Assembly: GCA_034189385.1 (NCBI GenBank) | Contig: JAXHVD010000018.1 | Coordinates: 1 to 64,000 of the forward strand | DNA: 64,000 bases | From: Thermodesulfobacteriota bacterium | GTDB taxonomy: Bacteria > Desulfobacterota > Desulfobacteria > Desulfobacterales > C00003060 | Reading direction: 5' to 3' | Shown here: one piece after another, positions 37,284 through 47,399 of the stretch | Position numbering within the stretch: position 1 is the stretch's first letter | Layout: each line of letters starts with the position of its first letter | Made by a program: the position numbers and the translations under genes | Notes under the pieces: generated by a model | The model's input: only the letters and a program-made list of their open reading frames with translations | Told to the model about the DNA's origin: nothing | Database searches by the model: none

Positions 37284-39035
37284 TCACAGCCCCAACAGGG
37301 GCTCCTCTTTAGGATAGCTTACCACAAAGGAGACGTCTATCTGCTTTACGCCTTTTGGTTGAAGCACAAATGACCAACGGTGTACGCCTTCCCTGTCCTG
37401 GTAGTTTTTCTCCGTAGGCTCCGGCCTTATCTTTAGATCTTCCACCTTGATCTTGTCCGTTCTCGACACAGGGATGCTCTCAAGGATATTGATGGTCAGA
37501 GGGTTGTTTTTTAGGTTTTCCGCAGTGATCTTAAATGCCATACTTCGAACAACGGTATCCCTCTCAAACTTGCCAAAAAAGGTCTCTTTGACCTTGTCCG
37601 TGATCTTTTCCCGCTTGACCTTCACCTCTCGATCTGCGCCAAGATTCAAATCAAAGGTCTCGCCAGGCTTCTTTTCCTTCAGAAAGGTCTTGCCCACAAA
37701 GTGGGTACCAAAATGCACATTCATGGGGCCGCCAAGGAGTTCCTTGTCGGCGATGGCTTTGCAGACCAAGAAGGACAAAGGGGTGATCTTTGGCGCGGCA
37801 TAGTGCAGGAACTCTCCCTTCAAGGTCTTAGTGAAAAGGGGCAACAGGGACTCTTTGTCCTTGGATTCGATGGTAAGCTTCCGGGGCATCTGGTATTCAA
37901 AGGATAGAGGCAGCTCCTTTCTCCGGGCCATCACAAAGCCAGCCTCTCTTTCGGCCTTGGTCTCCTCAGCAACCGTTTTGTCCATCTCGTCAGAAGCCAT
38001 GGGGGCGGCAGTCTTTCGGCTCAAACCAATATGTTCGCGGCGATACACTCCTGTCTCAGGCCGTTGAATGTCCAGGATCCAACTTGGAAGCTGAGGAAGA
38101 CCTGCGCCTTTGAGAGGGACCACATTTGAGACAAAGAGGTCCACGTTCTGCCAATCTTCCCCTGTCTTTTGATGAATCTTTGAGAACATGGTGAGATTCA
38201 CTGCCTTCAAATCCAGCGGGACGGCTGCCTTGTACAGGGGCTGCCAAAAGGCATTGTACACGAGATAGCTGGCTTGAATCTTGATTTGCTGCTCCTCCTT
38301 GGCATTGAATAAAACCTCGATCGTCTTCTTTTCTCTCTGTTGGCGAGCAGTCAGAGACGCCAGCTCCCTTTCTACGACTTGAATCTCCTTGCTTATTGAT
38401 TCGGTCTTGTCATTCAAGCTTTGTCTTTGATGGTGAATCTGCTCAAAGTTGTTTCCCAAAAAAGCCATGGTCTTCTCCAGGTCTTCCGTCTGTGGAAAGG
38501 AGGTTTTGATATCCTGAGGAACCTGGGTTTTTGCAAAGTCAATGACCGAGCCCAAAAACTGCTCCTTGTTTTTTAGGACAGCCTTGCTGTCTTCCACCAC
38601 CTTCAAAGACGCCTGGAGCTCCCGCAGCTTCTCTTCCAGGGCCCGGATATTCTCCTGCGGGGCCTCCTCCAAATAAATCTCCTTCAGTTGCACGCTGTAG
38701 ACCTCGCCGTCTCCCAAGACCCTGGCAGAAACAGAATCAGAGTCCACGCGAAAGGCTTTCACTTCTAGCAGGATTTCATTTAAGCCCTCACGGACTTGCA
38801 CCTGTGCCTCCCGTGTGACCAAGGCCTGATTGGAAAAAAGGGTGACCGCCTGGATCTGGGACGGCACGGTCTCCTGGGCAGCAGACAGCGACACTGCGAG
38901 CACAAGGCCAAATGCTGCCAGGAGCAACGTCATGGCTCTTTTTCCAAGTGACATGCCAAGCAATCCATAGCCGACTGCCCCAATTCGCTGACAGAGAGTT
39001 CCCTCCCCCATCCTTTTTGAAACGCGACTCTTCAT
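37284..39035 (-). CDS. DUF4140/DUF4139 (MuiA-like) secreted protein
   Basis: I.AVTLFSNQALVTR, SYLV.NA.W.P.Y, Q.TGEDW..V.L motifs. True start may be ~38933. Confidence 0.85.
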   Translation of the reverse strand: MKSRVSKRMGEGTLCQRIGAVGYGLLGMSLGKRAMTLLLAAFGLVLAVSLSAAQETVPSQIQAVTLFSNQALVTREAQVQVREGLNEILLEVKAFRVDSDSVSARVLGDGEVYSVQLKEIYLEEAPQENIRALEEKLRELQASLKVVEDSKAVLKNKEQFLGSVIDFAKTQVPQDIKTSFPQTEDLEKTMAFLGNNFEQIHHQRQSLNDKTESISKEIQVVERELASLTARQQREKKTIEVLFNAKEEQQIKIQASYLVYNAFWQPLYKAAVPLDLKAVNLTMFSKIHQKTGEDWQNVDLFVSNVVPLKGAGLPQLPSWILDIQRPETGVYRREHIGLSRKTAAPMASDEMDKTVAEETKAEREAGFVMARRKELPLSFEYQMPRKLTIESKDKESLLPLFTKTLKGEFLHYAAPKITPLSFLVCKAIADKELLGGPMNVHFGTHFVGKTFLKEKKPGETFDLNLGADREVKVKREKITDKVKETFFGKFERDTVVRSMAFKITAENLKNNPLTINILESIPVSRTDKIKVEDLKIRPEPTEKNYQDREGVHRWSFVLQPKGVKQIDVSFVVSYPKEEPLLGL

Positions 39036-39500
39036 TTTTCCATGCCTCCTCCCCCTGAAGAAATCTTTCTCCCTTGCACTTCCCTCTCTGAAGTCCCCAT
39101 CTGGAAAACAGCCCCAAAATCGCCCAAAATCACTTTGTTTTCAGGCGAGCTGTCCTCTATAGCCCGAACACCGTCTCTTATGGCCGAAAAAATCAGATCC
39201 AGGTGCTTTTGCCGCTCAAGGGCGCCATCTTCTCCAATGACGACGTATGCAGGGCTGATGGAATTCCTTGGGGCGTCCGACCCGAAAAAAAGGGAAAAAA
39301 CTTGAGTCTATCAAAAGCCAATAGAAGACTCGAGTCCAAGCGCTTTATCAGGACCAGCGAAAAAGCTTGCCCCCATTGAGCCGAAGGTGAGACAAGCTCT
39401 GTTTTGTGCGTGGGAGCAAACCCTCATTTGTAAATCAATTGATTCTGCTTCTTGGTCACCCTCGTTCTTAGGTGAGCTACCAAGGAACGGTAGGAGGGAA

Positions 39501-41090
39501 CTATTCTCTAAGACCTGCAGCTTTCTGGAGTATGAAAAACACCTCTTCTAAACCAATCTTGTCATCTTTGTTAATATCAGCTTCTTTTTGGACAGGGGTG
39601 GAAGGTTCCAGACCTGCCAATACCTGCAACGCCAAGAGCGCATCTGTAAGATCCACGTTGCCGTCACCATTAATGTCTCCTTTGGGATCCTTACCAGTAG
39701 TAAAGGACCACTGATAATCAGTCTCCATAGGATTTCCAGCCAAGTCCTGGACTCCAGTCGTAATGGTAGCAGTGTAAATGGTGTTGCATGCCAGGTCGGC
39801 TCTAGGAGTAAACGTGGCCGTCCTATCATCATAGGTCACCGTGCCAAAGATGTTGCATGAACCATCATTTACCAGAAAGGTCATGTCATCCAGTGTAGAG
39901 GCATTCATGGCCTCCGAAAAACTCGCGCGAACAGCTGTCTTCACAGGCACGTCCGTGGAGCCGTCTGTGGGGGCAGTCGTCAACACCGAGGGGCCAGTCA
40001 TGTCAGCCGCATACCTCCAGACCTCGGCCCCGGTGACGTCATTGCTTGTTCCAACAAAGAGAGCATTCTTATACACGGCCATACCGTCCTCTTCGATCAT
40101 GACATTGTTCCCATCCCCGAACCCATCAGTATTGGCCTGCATCCACAGTGCACCGTCATATTGCCATAACTCCGCACCACTGGCTTCATTGCACGTCCCC
40201 ACATAAAGGAGGTTATGATAGACGCACATTCCCACGGCAGCCATGTTGCCTGTGTCTCCATCCCATCCGTTGTCTACCTGGATCCACGTGGCCCCGTTAT
40301 ATTGCCACACCTCAGCACCTCTGGCGGCGTTCACCGTTCCCACGTAAAGCTGATTGTTGTACACGGCCATGGCAGCGGCCTCATTCTTCGCATCGCCAAA
40401 ACCATCATCATGTATCTTTGCCCAGGTCGCCCCACCATACTGCCAAACCTGCGCGCCCGTGGGATTTTTTGTTGTCACATAGAGATGCCCGTCATATTCG
40501 GCCAGATCTACGGCAATGAAGTTAAACGGATCGCCAAAACCATCAGAATTTGCCTGGCGCCACAATACCCCATCATATTGCCATACCCTTGCGCCCAAAA
40601 GGCCTCCTCCTGACCCTGCGTAGAGATGGCTGTTGTAGACGGCCATACTGTCGGCTATATGGTTTTGCCGATTCCCGAAACCATCGCTATTGACCTGAAC
40701 CCAAGCTGCGCCGCTGTACACCCACACCTCGGCGCCTCTGGCATTCTCCGTTCCCACATAGAGATAGTTGTTATGGACGGCCATACTGTCGGTCGTCTCA
40801 TTATCAGGATCCCCAAAGCCATCGGTGTTGATCTGGACCCAGTTTGTCCCATCATATCGCCATACTTCCGCACCTGAACCTGTCCCCCCTGGCCACAGAG
40901 CATGGCTGTTCTCTGTTCCTGCGTACAAACAGTTATTGTAGACGGCCATACTCGTGGCACGTGCGTTTCCGGCATCTCCAAAACCGTCAGTGTTGACCTG
41001 GGTCCAATTCTGGGCGTGGGCCAAAGAGGAAAGGACAAAACACAGCGTAAAAAGCAAGGTGGTTGGGAAAATGGTGATTGGATTCTTCAT
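39501..41090 (-). CDS. Secreted 7-repeat beta-propeller protein with Ig-like and dockerin-like domains
   Basis: Signal peptide; 7 repeats of W.Q.N.DGFGD..N...MAVYN..LYVGT.N..GAEVW.Y; SbsA-type Ig domain; GDINGDGNVDLTD...ADINKDDKIGLEE. Confidence 0.85.
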   Translation of the reverse strand: MKNPITIFPTTLLFTLCFVLSSLAHAQNWTQVNTDGFGDAGNARATSMAVYNNCLYAGTENSHALWPGGTGSGAEVWRYDGTNWVQINTDGFGDPDNETTDSMAVHNNYLYVGTENARGAEVWVYSGAAWVQVNSDGFGNRQNHIADSMAVYNSHLYAGSGGGLLGARVWQYDGVLWRQANSDGFGDPFNFIAVDLAEYDGHLYVTTKNPTGAQVWQYGGATWAKIHDDGFGDAKNEAAAMAVYNNQLYVGTVNAARGAEVWQYNGATWIQVDNGWDGDTGNMAAVGMCVYHNLLYVGTCNEASGAELWQYDGALWMQANTDGFGDGNNVMIEEDGMAVYKNALFVGTSNDVTGAEVWRYAADMTGPSVLTTAPTDGSTDVPVKTAVRASFSEAMNASTLDDMTFLVNDGSCNIFGTVTYDDRTATFTPRADLACNTIYTATITTGVQDLAGNPMETDYQWSFTTGKDPKGDINGDGNVDLTDALLALQVLAGLEPSTPVQKEADINKDDKIGLEEVFFILQKAAGLRE

Positions 41091-41519
41091 CTATGGGTTC
41101 CCTCCCTTGGACTCGGAGTCTGTGAAACGCGACATACATTGCCATGTTGAGACCCCTTCTCAAAATTAGACTGTTGTCCGGGGACGCCCATGGCCCGAAT
41201 CGCGGAAAGAGGATGTGGAGAAGCGCTGAACAAGAGATGCCTTCTGGCCTATCCATACAAGACCTGCGGGCCTCTTTGCAAGTATAATTTTATATAAATA
41301 CATATAACTTATATGCATAATAATATTAATATCACAACCAGTGTAAAAATCAACGGAAAAATCAAATATTTGGAGGTTATCTTTCGGTGGTTTGGGAAAA
41401 AATCAATATATAGACAAAAAAGGCACTGGTGCTACAACATGTAGACTGCAGTGCCATCGGAACCCAAGAAGCTGCAAAAAAATGGACAGGTACAAAGGAA
41501 AGGCAGTGCCATTGGCAGA

Positions 41520-42716
41520 TCAAGCCCAAAATCCGCAGATAGCGGCCACGACATACTCCTTCTGCTCGGAGGTCAGCTCAGGGTATATGGGTAAAGCCAG
41601 GGTTTTCTTTGCTGCCTCTTCACTGACAGGAAAGGAGCCATAGGGATAACCCAAACTGGCGAAGCACTCCTGCAGGTGCAGAGGCACGGGATAGTAGATC
41701 TCTGTGCCCACCCCCCTGTCCGTGAGAAAGGCCCTCAGTTCATCACGATGGGGGGTGCTGATGACGAATTGATTGTAGATATGGTAGTGTGATTGAAAGG
41801 CTTTGCTATCGGAATCGGTGGGCCGACTTTCCTCAACTGTCTCTTTCCACACGGCTTTTGGCAAGGAAACGCGTCCTTTTTCAACCAGACCGAACGACTC
41901 CAGTGCACGCTGATACCACGCCGCGTTTTTTTGACGCTTGGCAGTCCATCTATCCAAATATCTGAGCTTTACAGACAACACTGCGGCCTGAATAGCATCC
42001 AGCCTAAAATTGCCTCCCACAACCTCGTGATAGTACTTGGGCTCCGATCCATGGACCCTTAGGATTCGCAGCCTATGTGACCGATCTGGATCACTGGTGG
42101 TCACCATGCCGCCATCGCCAAATCCGCCCAGGTTCTTGGAAGGAAAGAAAGAAAAACACCCGTAGTGGCCCATAGAACCGGCTCTGCAGACCCTTGAACC
42201 AGAGGCCGTAGTGGAAACATACTCCGCACCGATGGCCTGGGCCGCATCTTCAATCACCACAAGGCCATGCCTATTGGCAATCTCCAAAATGGGATCCATG
42301 TCCGCACACTGCCCATAGAGATGAACAGGGATAATGGCCCGTGTCCGCTCCGTAATTCTTTCTTCAATCAAACGCGGGGCCATGTTGTACGTATCGGGCT
42401 GGATATCGACGAACACCGGAGTTGCGCCAGTACGAGAGATCACGCCCGCTGTCGCAAAGAAGGTGTAAGGTGTTGTGATCACTTCATCTCCTGGTCCGAT
42501 CTCTTCTGCCATGAGACAGATCAACAAGGCGTCAGATCCGGAACTGACGCCCACGGCATGGAGGCAGTTGCTATAGGCAGCCACCTCTTCTTCCAGGCGG
42601 CTCACCTTGGGTCCTAAGATGAAATACTGACTCTCTAAGACCTCTTCTAGGGCAGGTACGACTTCATCTCGGATAGCCTTGTATTGGGCCTTAAGGTCCA
42701 GCAATGGAATTTTCAT
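41520..42716 (-). CDS. DegT/DnrJ/EryC1/StrS family aminotransferase
   Basis: [43 protein letters not shown]. Confidence 0.95.
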   Translation of the reverse strand: MKIPLLDLKAQYKAIRDEVVPALEEVLESQYFILGPKVSRLEEEVAAYSNCLHAVGVSSGSDALLICLMAEEIGPGDEVITTPYTFFATAGVISRTGATPVFVDIQPDTYNMAPRLIEERITERTRAIIPVHLYGQCADMDPILEIANRHGLVVIEDAAQAIGAEYVSTTASGSRVCRAGSMGHYGCFSFFPSKNLGGFGDGGMVTTSDPDRSHRLRILRVHGSEPKYYHEVVGGNFRLDAIQAAVLSVKLRYLDRWTAKRQKNAAWYQRALESFGLVEKGRVSLPKAVWKETVEESRPTDSDSKAFQSHYHIYNQFVISTPHRDELRAFLTDRGVGTEIYYPVPLHLQECFASLGYPYGSFPVSEEAAKKTLALPIYPELTSEQKEYVVAAICGFWA

Positions 42717-42945
42717 GGTCTATCTTCCTTTCACAGCTTAAAAGCTCTTCACGCTGTTGCCCCATTCCCCTGGGCAGAGGGCTCTGCCTCTGAGCGCCTT
42801 AAAAAACAAAAAAGGCCAAGTAGAGGCCTTTGATAAGCATGGACACAGGTGGCAACCACTAAACGAACTGGGCGAAAATGGTGCCACCACGATGTCCCCC
42901 ACCACCAGGGCGGGGCGCAAGAGGCACTATTTCTTTAGGATTTCG

Positions 42946-43503
42946 CTAATCCTTCACCACAATGTAATGCCGGATGCCGGTAAAAGTCGACGCCCCTATC
43001 CCTTGAACATGCCTCACATCATCGATATGCTGAAATGGGCCATGGGTCTTTCTGAACTCATGAATCCTCACCGCCGAGACAGGTCCAATGCTGGGCAGCC
43101 GCACCAACTCTTCCAGGTCGGCCTTGTTAATGTTGACAAGGCCAGTCATCTCCTCTTTGACCTGTTTGAGCTTCAGTCTCTGGTAGTGCTCCTCTAGGTG
43201 CTTCCTCGCCACCTCTTGGTGCCTCGGCTCCACCCAGGATTCGTGGCTAAAGGTGCCAAGACAATAGATCAACTGGTTCATGTCCACGAAGCCGTTCATG
43301 TCCCGATAGGGAAAATGTCTTACCTTTCTCCCGTTCTTGTCTATCTCCACCAGGGCAAAGGAGCTGTCCGGCAAAGACCTCACCGTAAGGTCCGACCACG
43401 GCTGGCCACACACGGGTTCAGGGAGCGACCATGACAACACCAGCATGGCCACAAAAACAGCACCAATAAGACCTTTTCCCAAGCCGCCTTCTAGCCGCAT
43501 CAC
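42946..43503 (-). CDS. ComEA-like helix-hairpin-helix protein with extra N-terminal domain
   Basis: VNINKADLEEL.RLPSIG...R..HGPF....V.GIG; signal/TM segment. Confidence 0.85.
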   Translation of the reverse strand: MMRLEGGLGKGLIGAVFVAMLVLSWSLPEPVCGQPWSDLTVRSLPDSSFALVEIDKNGRKVRHFPYRDMNGFVDMNQLIYCLGTFSHESWVEPRHQEVARKHLEEHYQRLKLKQVKEEMTGLVNINKADLEELVRLPSIGPVSAVRIHEFRKTHGPFQHIDDVRHVQGIGASTFTGIRHYIVVKD

Positions 43504-43559
43504 GGGGCCTCCAAATGCTCTTTTTGCACCTACGTTGAAAAAAGGGGGGCTTTGTCAGA

Positions 43560-43880
43560 CTAGTGGATAGTGATCTTATCCTTGTTGGCGTCAAAGGTCT
43601 TCGAGCCAATGCCCGGGACCTTCACGATGTCCTCTACCTGCTTAAATGGGCCGTGCGCTTTTCGGAACTGGACAATCGCCTCTGCATATTTTTCTCCGAC
43701 CCCTTTGAGCTGAGTCAACTCTTCGATGGAAGCGGTGTTAATATTGATTTTCTCACCTGCCGTGGCATGTGCTTCGGACCCTGCCTTTTGTGTCTCTCCC
43801 GCCATAGAAACAGTAGGAACAAATGCAACAACCAGCGCTACGGCCAGGGACAACACTAGAAAACGCTTACATTCTTTCAT
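43560..43880 (-). CDS. comEA: ComEA family DNA-binding protein
   Basis: Signal peptide plus ININTASIEELTQLKGVGEKYAEAIV.FR..HGPFK. Confidence 0.88.
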   Translation of the reverse strand: MKECKRFLVLSLAVALVVAFVPTVSMAGETQKAGSEAHATAGEKININTASIEELTQLKGVGEKYAEAIVQFRKAHGPFKQVEDIVKVPGIGSKTFDANKDKITIH

Positions 43881-44052
43881 GTCCCTCTCCTCTCCTCAGC
43901 CCCCCTTTTTTTCGACTGAGCCAGCCCGGTTCATCCTGTCTTGTCTTACACCAACCCTAAATCAGGGACAACGAAAAAGGCATTTTCCCATCGTTCACCA
44001 TGGCAACATGGGTCGGACTGCCATGGCCACACTTCCAAAAGGTCTCTCCCCC

Positions 44053-45048
44053 TTAATCATCCCCATATCCGTCGGGATGGGCCCTATGCCAATTCCAGGC
44101 AGTCTCTACGATGGTCTCAAGATCAGGGAACTTCGTGTGCCACCCCAATTCCTCGGCCGCCTTTCGACTTGAGCTAATCAACACGGCCGGATCGCCTGCC
44201 CGTCTCGCCGTCACCTTGGTGGCAATGGGCCTGCCTGTGACCCGTCGGGCCACATCCACGACTTCTTCCACAGAATAGCCCTTGCCGTTTCCAAGGTTGT
44301 ATTGACCTCCAGGCAAACCGTTTAGCAGCCTTTCCAGGGCAAGGAGATGGGCCTTGGTCAAGTCCTCCACGTGGATGTAGTCCCGGACACAGGTCCCGTC
44401 TGCAGTAGGATAGTCATTGCCGAATATGTCTACACAGGGTCTTTGGCCCAAGGCTGTCTGAAGCACCAGGGGGATAAGGTGTGTCTCGGGACGATGATCC
44501 TCGCCCAAATCACCGCCACGGTCTGCCCCGGCCGCGTTGAAATAGCGCAGACTGATCGATTCCAACCCGTAGGCTGTCCTGTAATCCTCAAGGATCTGCT
44601 CAACCATAACCTTGGTTCTTCCGTACGGGCTGATCGGGCTTTGAGGATGTTCTTCGTTAATAGGGATTTCGATAGGCTGACCATAGGTGGCACAAGAAGA
44701 GGAAAAGATGAACCTACGCACCTTCTTCTCCACCATCCCCTTGAGGAGGGAAAGGGTATGAGACACATTATTCTCGTAATACTTGGCAGGACTTGTGACA
44801 GACTCTCCCACGTAACAAAAGGCAGCAAAATGCATGACTGCTTCAATAGGATAGTCTGAAAAAACCTTGCTGAGTAAAGCTGAATCGTTCATGGGGCCTT
44901 TGTACAAAGGCCCCCACTTTACGGCCTGTTCATGGCCGTAAATCAGGTTGTCCAGGACGATGGGCTCGTAGCCCGCCTTCGAAAGGTGCTTGCACATGTG
45001 CGAGCCGATATAACCGGCCCCGCCTACGACCAAGATACTCCCTGTCAT
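44053..45048 (-). CDS. galE: UDP-glucose 4-epimerase
   Basis: GGAGYIGSH, HFAA..YVGES, YGRTK, LRYFNAAGA, DGTCVRDYIHV. Confidence 0.96.
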   Translation of the reverse strand: MTGSILVVGGAGYIGSHMCKHLSKAGYEPIVLDNLIYGHEQAVKWGPLYKGPMNDSALLSKVFSDYPIEAVMHFAAFCYVGESVTSPAKYYENNVSHTLSLLKGMVEKKVRRFIFSSSCATYGQPIEIPINEEHPQSPISPYGRTKVMVEQILEDYRTAYGLESISLRYFNAAGADRGGDLGEDHRPETHLIPLVLQTALGQRPCVDIFGNDYPTADGTCVRDYIHVEDLTKAHLLALERLLNGLPGGQYNLGNGKGYSVEEVVDVARRVTGRPIATKVTARRAGDPAVLISSSRKAAEELGWHTKFPDLETIVETAWNWHRAHPDGYGDD

Positions 45049-45315
45049 GACAACGGCCTCTCCACGATGCCGTAAGGCCCTGAGTCGCCCCAAGGTCTCA
45101 ACGTCGCTTCCAATGCAAAGAGGATGACAGGAAGCATCATGTGAACAAAACAGAGCATTTCTTTTAGAAAAGCGTCCATATGCAGCCTCAATAGCGGCGG
45201 CTGGCTCATCGGCCCCTCCGCGGCATCTTGGTCCGCCATGGAAGGGGGAAATGGCTCAGGGCCACAAAAGGCGTTGACGCAATGGGCCAAATTTGCCTCT
45301 TTCCCACAGCCTTTG

Positions 45316-45888
45316 TCATTTCGCATCCTGTTTTGCTCGTTCCACGTAAGAACTGGTCCGTGTGTCCACCTTGACCCTGTCACCGGTGTTCAAAAAGATG
45401 GGCACAGGTATCACGGCCCCAGTCTCCAGGGTAGCCGGCTTGGTGACCTTGCTGGCTGTGTCGCCCTTTACACCGGGCTCAGTTTCAGTAATGGTAAGTT
45501 CCACAAAGAGTGGCAGATCAACCCCTATGGGCTCTTCATTGTAAAACATCACATTGACGGTTGTGTTCTCAGGGAGAAAGAGGCGGGTGTCGCCCATCTG
45601 TTCTTCCGTCAGAAAGACCTGGTCATAGGTCTGATTATCCATGAGACAGTAGCTCTTGTTGTCCTTGTAAAGATATTGCATCTGCTTCTCTTCAAGGTCT
45701 GGCTTGCCAACCTTTTCCCCTGACCGAAAGGTTTGATCCAGCATCCGACCTGTAAGCATGTTCCTGAGCTTGGTGCGGACAAAGGCACCTCCTTTTCCCG
45801 GCTTTACATGCAAAAATTCTACGACCTCAAAGGGTTTCCCCTCTATCTCTATCCTTAAACCTTTTCTGAAGTTTGACGTGTCATACAT
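45316..45888 (-). CDS. efp: Elongation factor P
   Basis: HVKPGKGGAFVRTK, PGVKGDTA, KPATLETG. Confidence 0.98.
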   Translation of the reverse strand: MYDTSNFRKGLRIEIEGKPFEVVEFLHVKPGKGGAFVRTKLRNMLTGRMLDQTFRSGEKVGKPDLEEKQMQYLYKDNKSYCLMDNQTYDQVFLTEEQMGDTRLFLPENTTVNVMFYNEEPIGVDLPLFVELTITETEPGVKGDTASKVTKPATLETGAVIPVPIFLNTGDRVKVDTRTSSYVERAKQDAK

Positions 45889-46226
45889 GACTACTTATCC
45901 AGCCCCTCCTTTTCCTGTTCGTTATGAAAGCCCCCCTGCGGCCCGTCTCAAGATAGGCACGCAAGGCCCGCCCGGACGGGGGATCCAGCGGCCCGGGCAA
46001 AACTGTTTCTGCGACTATTTGAACGTGGGATGGGAGCATACCGCTTGGGGTGTCAATCGAACACGGAAGCCGACAAACGAGACTCCTTTTTCCGAGAGTT
46101 TTGCATGCCGACTTCAAGCGACCATTATAAGCTTTTTGGAGGACCCATCCCCTCCATGTGAACGGAGCAATCAAAAAGCTTATGTAGACAAGCGATAAGA
46201 GATTGCACAGCTCTCTTCTCTATCGC

Positions 46227-46985
46227 TCAAGCCTTCCGGGGCAGATTTGCCGCAGCCCGCACGGCCATGACGTATCCCTCTTTCCCAAAACCAGCCAGTT
46301 GGGCTGTCACCTTATCTGCTATCAACGATTTCTGCCCAACATTGCCCTTGGCATGGACGTTAGAAACATGCACTTCAATGATAGGAATGTCAAGACCTGA
46401 AAGGGCCTCCCTGATGGCCGCACCCTCGTAGGTATACCCTGCTGGGTTAATGATCATGGCATCATAGCCTTCAGCTGAGGCCTCTCTTATTCGCCGGGCC
46501 AGCTCCCCTTCATCGTCCGACTGAAAGGTGTCTACCTCTACGCTGCAAGCTGTGGCAGTCTCTCTGATCTCTTCGTCTATTTGCTCCAGTGTCACTTCAC
46601 TGGACACAACAGGGGCTCTCTGCCTGAAAATGTCTGCCCGGGAGCCGTGTATCACCAGAATCCTTCTTTGGTGATGAAGCTGACGTCCACGTGTCTTCTT
46701 TTGCCCACCGATGCCCTGCTGCCACCTTTGGAGGCGGGAGAAGACGGCCTTTGTCCCAGATTCCAGGGATCCTCGTTTCTGCCTGCCGAGCCGTCTTTCA
46801 ATATCCGTTAGGGCCTCCACCAATTCCGTTCTGTCCGGCTCCAAGGCTATGAGTCTTTTGTACACGTCGGCTGCCTTATTCAGAAGGCCTTGCTTCTCGT
46901 AGACCTTTGCCAGTGTCACTGTTGGGGTGACATCAGGAGGCAGGTCCGTGTTTACACCCATTCCAATACCCCACAAGTTAGGCAA
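46227..46985 (-). CDS. TPR-like domain fused to a type II 3-dehydroquinate dehydratase-like domain
   Basis: N-terminal TLAKVYEKQG...AADVYKRLIALEP; C-terminal FQSDDEGEL, IINPAGYT, IEVHVSN, G.G..GY. The N-terminal AroQ catalytic loop is degenerate. Confidence 0.8.
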   Translation of the reverse strand: MPNLWGIGMGVNTDLPPDVTPTVTLAKVYEKQGLLNKAADVYKRLIALEPDRTELVEALTDIERRLGRQKRGSLESGTKAVFSRLQRWQQGIGGQKKTRGRQLHHQRRILVIHGSRADIFRQRAPVVSSEVTLEQIDEEIRETATACSVEVDTFQSDDEGELARRIREASAEGYDAMIINPAGYTYEGAAIREALSGLDIPIIEVHVSNVHAKGNVGQKSLIADKVTAQLAGFGKEGYVMAVRAAANLPRKA

Positions 46986-47079
46986 GTTGTCACCATCAAT
47001 GTTTTTCGCAAATAGGATCGTGCCGGCTCTATGGGCTAAATGGAGGCAAAACGATGGCCAGGAGCAATAAACTGAAAGC

Positions 47080-47364
47080 CTATTCCTTCTTCTTTAGAAC
47101 GACTACCTCGTCTTCTCTTGTCATCCCGTGTTCTGTCCTTGCGATATCTTCAACAAAATCCATATCTTTTCTTAGACGCTCTACGGTCCGATACCGTTCC
47201 TCGTTCTTCTCCTCAAGCACAACGTTGTCCCTATGCAAACGATCCCTTTCCTGCTTGAGGTGATAGAGATCAACAGCACCCCTATCGCCCAATCCGATGA
47301 CAACAAGGAAGCCAAGAAGGATCACGATACCCCCCAAAATGATGAGCTTGGCCTTCATCCCCAT
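47080..47364 (-). CDS. ftsB: Septum formation initiator (FtsB/DivIC family)
   Basis: TM helix, GDRG, coiled coil, EDIARTEHGMTREDE. Confidence 0.85.
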   Translation of the reverse strand: MGMKAKLIILGGIVILLGFLVVIGLGDRGAVDLYHLKQERDRLHRDNVVLEEKNEERYRTVERLRKDMDFVEDIARTEHGMTREDEVVVLKKKE

Positions 47365-47399
47365 AGGAAGCCCCTATCCTAAAAACGTGGGCATTGTGC

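Noticed and set aside
39036..39470. Possible gene remnant between the DUF4139 and propeller genes
   Set aside because: An open minus-strand stretch exists but has no clear start or recognisable motif.
45889..46226. Possible structured RNA upstream of efp
   Set aside because: GC-rich short hairpins only; no recognisable 6S, SRP, tmRNA or riboswitch motif.
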